Assembly (NCBI GenBank): GCA_965213625.1
Contig: CBDBZU010000004.1
Span: forward strand, 2,560,001-2,624,000
Source of the DNA: a bacterium
GTDB lineage: Bacteria; UBA8248
DNA: 64,000 bases
Direction: 5' to 3'
In this document: positions 61,528-64,000 of the stretch, one piece after another
Layout of the letters: each line of letters opens with the position of its first letter
Position numbering within the stretch: position 1 is the first letter of the stretch
Notes under the pieces: model-generated
Databases searched by the model: none
What the model was told of the DNA's origin: nothing
The model's input: only the letters and a program-made list of their open reading frames with translations
Translations under genes and position numbers: made by a program

Positions 61528-62367
61528 ATGAGCTTTTCACTCATCCTGACGATCTTGATTTCCATCGCCCTTCATGTCGGCTTGATACTGCTCGGTCCTA
61601 CAGTCAAACTGCCGACGATATTCGCCAAACAGCCCGAAAGGATGGAAGTTGACCTCGTGCGCCGCGAGGTTCCCATCCCAGAAGCGCTGCTGCCGAAGGT
61701 GCTGCCCGAAGTTCCTCTGCCCGAGCCGCTGGATTTGAGCCGTATGCTTCAAAAACAATCCACGGAGGAACGGGACTTGAACCTGGACGTGAAGACGAAG
61801 CTCGAAGCGCCGGATCCGGGGGCGTTGCCCGAGAGCGAGCCGCTGCCGGACGCCCCCGCTTTGGATATGCCGAAACCGGTGCTCACCCCCGGTGAGATAC
61901 CCTCGATGGGCGCTTTGGAAGCGGGCGGGGCGCTGGACGAGATTGTTTTACCGATAGATGGCAAGGCAGGGGAATCTAAGGGTTTGAAGCGTGGTAAAAA
62001 TATCACGTTGCCGGGTTCCGGAGCGGACCGGAAAATGTTGGAGCAATTATCGCGCCTGAACTTCTCTCGCCCGTCCCGGGATAAGAAACGACCAGCCATT
62101 GCGGGGCCTGCGGCGAGGCGGAGAATCCTGTTTCAACCCAAGCCCCCGACACTCGAGAGGCTCGAGAGCACCACGGAGATCGTGCTGAAGTTCTGGGTGT
62201 TGCCCGACGGCACCGTCGGCCGCGTCATCCCGACCAGAAAAGCGAGCGCTTACCTCGAGGGCCTGGCTTCGAACCATCTGAAGCGCTGGCGCTTCAGTCC
62301 GCTGCCCCCGGGCGCCGAGGACAAGGAGCAGTGGGGCGAAATCACTTTCCGTTTCCTTTTACGCTGA
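61528..62367 (+). CDS. TonB/TolA-like energy transducer
   Basis: TM with SxxLH, Pro-rich linker, TonB_C-like C-terminus (V.PDG.V ... WRF.P). Confidence 0.78.
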   Translation: MSFSLILTILISIALHVGLILLGPTVKLPTIFAKQPERMEVDLVRREVPIPEALLPKVLPEVPLPEPLDLSRMLQKQSTEERDLNLDVKTKLEAPDPGALPESEPLPDAPALDMPKPVLTPGEIPSMGALEAGGALDEIVLPIDGKAGESKGLKRGKNITLPGSGADRKMLEQLSRLNFSRPSRDKKRPAIAGPAARRRILFQPKPPTLERLESTTEIVLKFWVLPDGTVGRVIPTRKASAYLEGLASNHLKRWRFSPLPPGAEDKEQWGEITFRFLLR

Positions 62368-62377
62368 GGAGTGTGTT

Positions 62378-62836
62378 TTGGAATACGAGGCTACGGGTTT
62401 GTTTTATGAGGAGTTAGAAGAGGGTAGGGCGTGGAAGACCGCCGCGCGCACGATTGGAGAGTCCGACGTCAATGCCTTCTCCGCCCTCACGGGCGATTAC
62501 ACCTACCTGCACACCGATGCCGAGGCTGCGGCCAAGACGCCTTTCGGGGAAAGAGTGGGCCACGGATTGCTCGGTCTTTCCTTCCTCATGGGTTTGGTGA
62601 CAAGGCTCGGAATTATCGAGGGAACGGTGGAGGCGTTTTTGGGCCTGGAATGGAGGTTTCGCGGCCCGATTCGCTTCGGAGATACGATTTCAGGCGAGGT
62701 TGTCGTGAAATCGAGGCGCATTTCCAGCAAGGGGCAGGGTTTGGTGACGCTCGCCCTGAAGCTCTTGAACCAGCGCGATGAGCTCATTCACGAGGGCGAC
62801 GTCACCATCATGGTGGAGCGCAAGGAGAAGGAATAG
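62378..62836 (+). CDS. MaoC/PaaZ-like dehydratase
   Basis: RTI.E.D..F..LTGD..LH.D ...HG and F.GP..GDT motifs. Confidence 0.88.
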   Translation: MEYEATGLFYEELEEGRAWKTAARTIGESDVNAFSALTGDYTYLHTDAEAAAKTPFGERVGHGLLGLSFLMGLVTRLGIIEGTVEAFLGLEWRFRGPIRFGDTISGEVVVKSRRISSKGQGLVTLALKLLNQRDELIHEGDVTIMVERKEKE

Positions 62837-62842
62837 GGATAT

Positions 62843-63859
62843 TCATCTCTTTTGGAAATGAGGTAGGACTTCCTCCCCGAGCAGTCGAATCGAGTTCATA
62901 ATCTTGGTGTGGTCCAGACCGGGAAACTGAATGAGGAAGTGCATGGATGTCGTTCCGAGTTCATCCCGGTATCGTTCGATCTGGCGAATGCAATCATCCG
63001 GCGAGCCCAGAATGAAGCGCCGACGAAGATTTTCCGTCGCCTCGGTGCCCCGCTCCACCGGCTTGCCATCGTCGTCCACCAGATGACCCCAATCCAGATA
63101 CTCCTGGTAGTTATAGAGTATGGGTTCCCGCGCCTCTTCCCAGGCTTGCTCGCTCTCTTCGGCCACATACGCTTCGCGCCTCAGGGGAAATTCCACTTGG
63201 GATGCGTCCTTCCCTGCCTCGGCCAGGGCGTCGAGATAGATTTGTTTTCGCTCCTTGAGCAACTTGAGCGGCGTCACCGGGTCGGCGAGCCATGCGTCTC
63301 CCATGCGCGCGGCGCGGCGGATGGCGGCGGGCAGCTTGGCCCCCACCCAGATGGGAGGGCACGGCTTCTGCTCCGGGCGGGGCATGAGGGTCACGTCCTC
63401 CATTGGGAAACTAGGGCCCGGGTGCGTCACGCCCCGCTCCGTCATCAACCGGCGGACCAGCCCGAGAGCTTCTTCGAAACGGGCGGCCCTATCCTCGAAG
63501 GGGACGCCAAAAGCCGCGAATTCCTCCCGCCTGTAGCCGAGTCCCACTCCCAGCACGAAGCGTCCCTTGGACATGATGTCCAGAACCACCGCGTCCTCGG
63601 CCACGGCCAGCGGGTGATAGAAGGGAAGGAGGAGGACGCAGGTGCCGACCCGCATTTTCTCCGTCCGGGTGGCGATGCCTGCGGCGGTTACCATGTTGGA
63701 GGGGAAATAGCCGTTGTCCTCCACCATGTGGTGTTCGCTCGTCGTCACCATGTCGAAGCCGTACTTCTCCGCCAGGGCGATCTGTTCCAGGGAATTGTGA
63801 TAGGCATCCACCCAGTTTTCGGTGAGAGACTGATAGCTGTAGTGCAAGGCGAATTTCAT
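62843..63859 (-). CDS. LLM-class flavin-dependent oxidoreductase
   Basis: SEHH, HP..VAED..LD..S.GR, GLGYR..EF and PPIWVG motifs; GGAGG SD before MKFALHY. Confidence 0.9.
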   Translation of the reverse strand: MKFALHYSYQSLTENWVDAYHNSLEQIALAEKYGFDMVTTSEHHMVEDNGYFPSNMVTAAGIATRTEKMRVGTCVLLLPFYHPLAVAEDAVVLDIMSKGRFVLGVGLGYRREEFAAFGVPFEDRAARFEEALGLVRRLMTERGVTHPGPSFPMEDVTLMPRPEQKPCPPIWVGAKLPAAIRRAARMGDAWLADPVTPLKLLKERKQIYLDALAEAGKDASQVEFPLRREAYVAEESEQAWEEAREPILYNYQEYLDWGHLVDDDGKPVERGTEATENLRRRFILGSPDDCIRQIERYRDELGTTSMHFLIQFPGLDHTKIMNSIRLLGEEVLPHFQKR

Positions 63860-64000
63860 GGCTACATCCTCCGGTACTCTTTGCGAAATTGTTAAGGTGT
63901 CTACCATCCCTGTCTGGAGCCGGATGTGCTCAGCCTGTTTTTTTCGCGGGCAGTTCCGACAGCAGAAAAAGGTTAGTTCTGACCAGAGCGGCGTTTTGCC

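Noticed and set aside
60470-62367. Canonical Tol-Pal or flagellar MotAB
   Set aside because: No tolB or pal follows, and the ExbD-like protein has no OmpA-like peptidoglycan-binding domain.

Overview
Gene-dense bacterial chromosomal window made up mostly of housekeeping genes: aroK/aroC, nadX, ilvE, tRNA-Leu(CAA), mltD-bamD-sigma70-pgsA-plsY, purB-C-S-Q-L-F, lptD-ugd-uxs-gmhA, a nested double AHAS cluster (ilvB-ilvB-ilvN-ilvN) followed by psd-pssA, a split F0 operon (atpZ-atpI-atpB-atpE) followed by rex-tsaB, katG, argH-lptM-lysA-dapF...dapB...dapL-folK...panC, and two very large TPR proteins followed by exbB-exbD-tonB. The gene orders look like those of a diderm of the deltaproteobacteria/Nitrospinota grade; this is inference only. 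The stretch from about 36 to 54 kb is more plastic. It holds several REP/REPIN-like palindrome families and TIR-bounded mini-elements, an ECF sigma/anti-sigma/Spy-like module, a membrane-anchored 7Fe-ferredoxin fusion and an AT-rich islet. The best candidates for undescribed biology are: (1) the receptor-less TPR-TPR-ExbB-ExbD-TonB operon, whose second TPR protein has a TonB-box-like N-terminus; (2) the ferredoxin-linker-TM-extracytoplasmic domain fusion; (3) a long, strand-specific structured leader upstream of the doubled ilvB/ilvN operon; (4) an ATP synthase c subunit whose glycine stripe is replaced by Ala/Ser. I saw no CRISPR array, rRNA, integrase or transposase. All calls come from reading motifs by eye; no searches were run.
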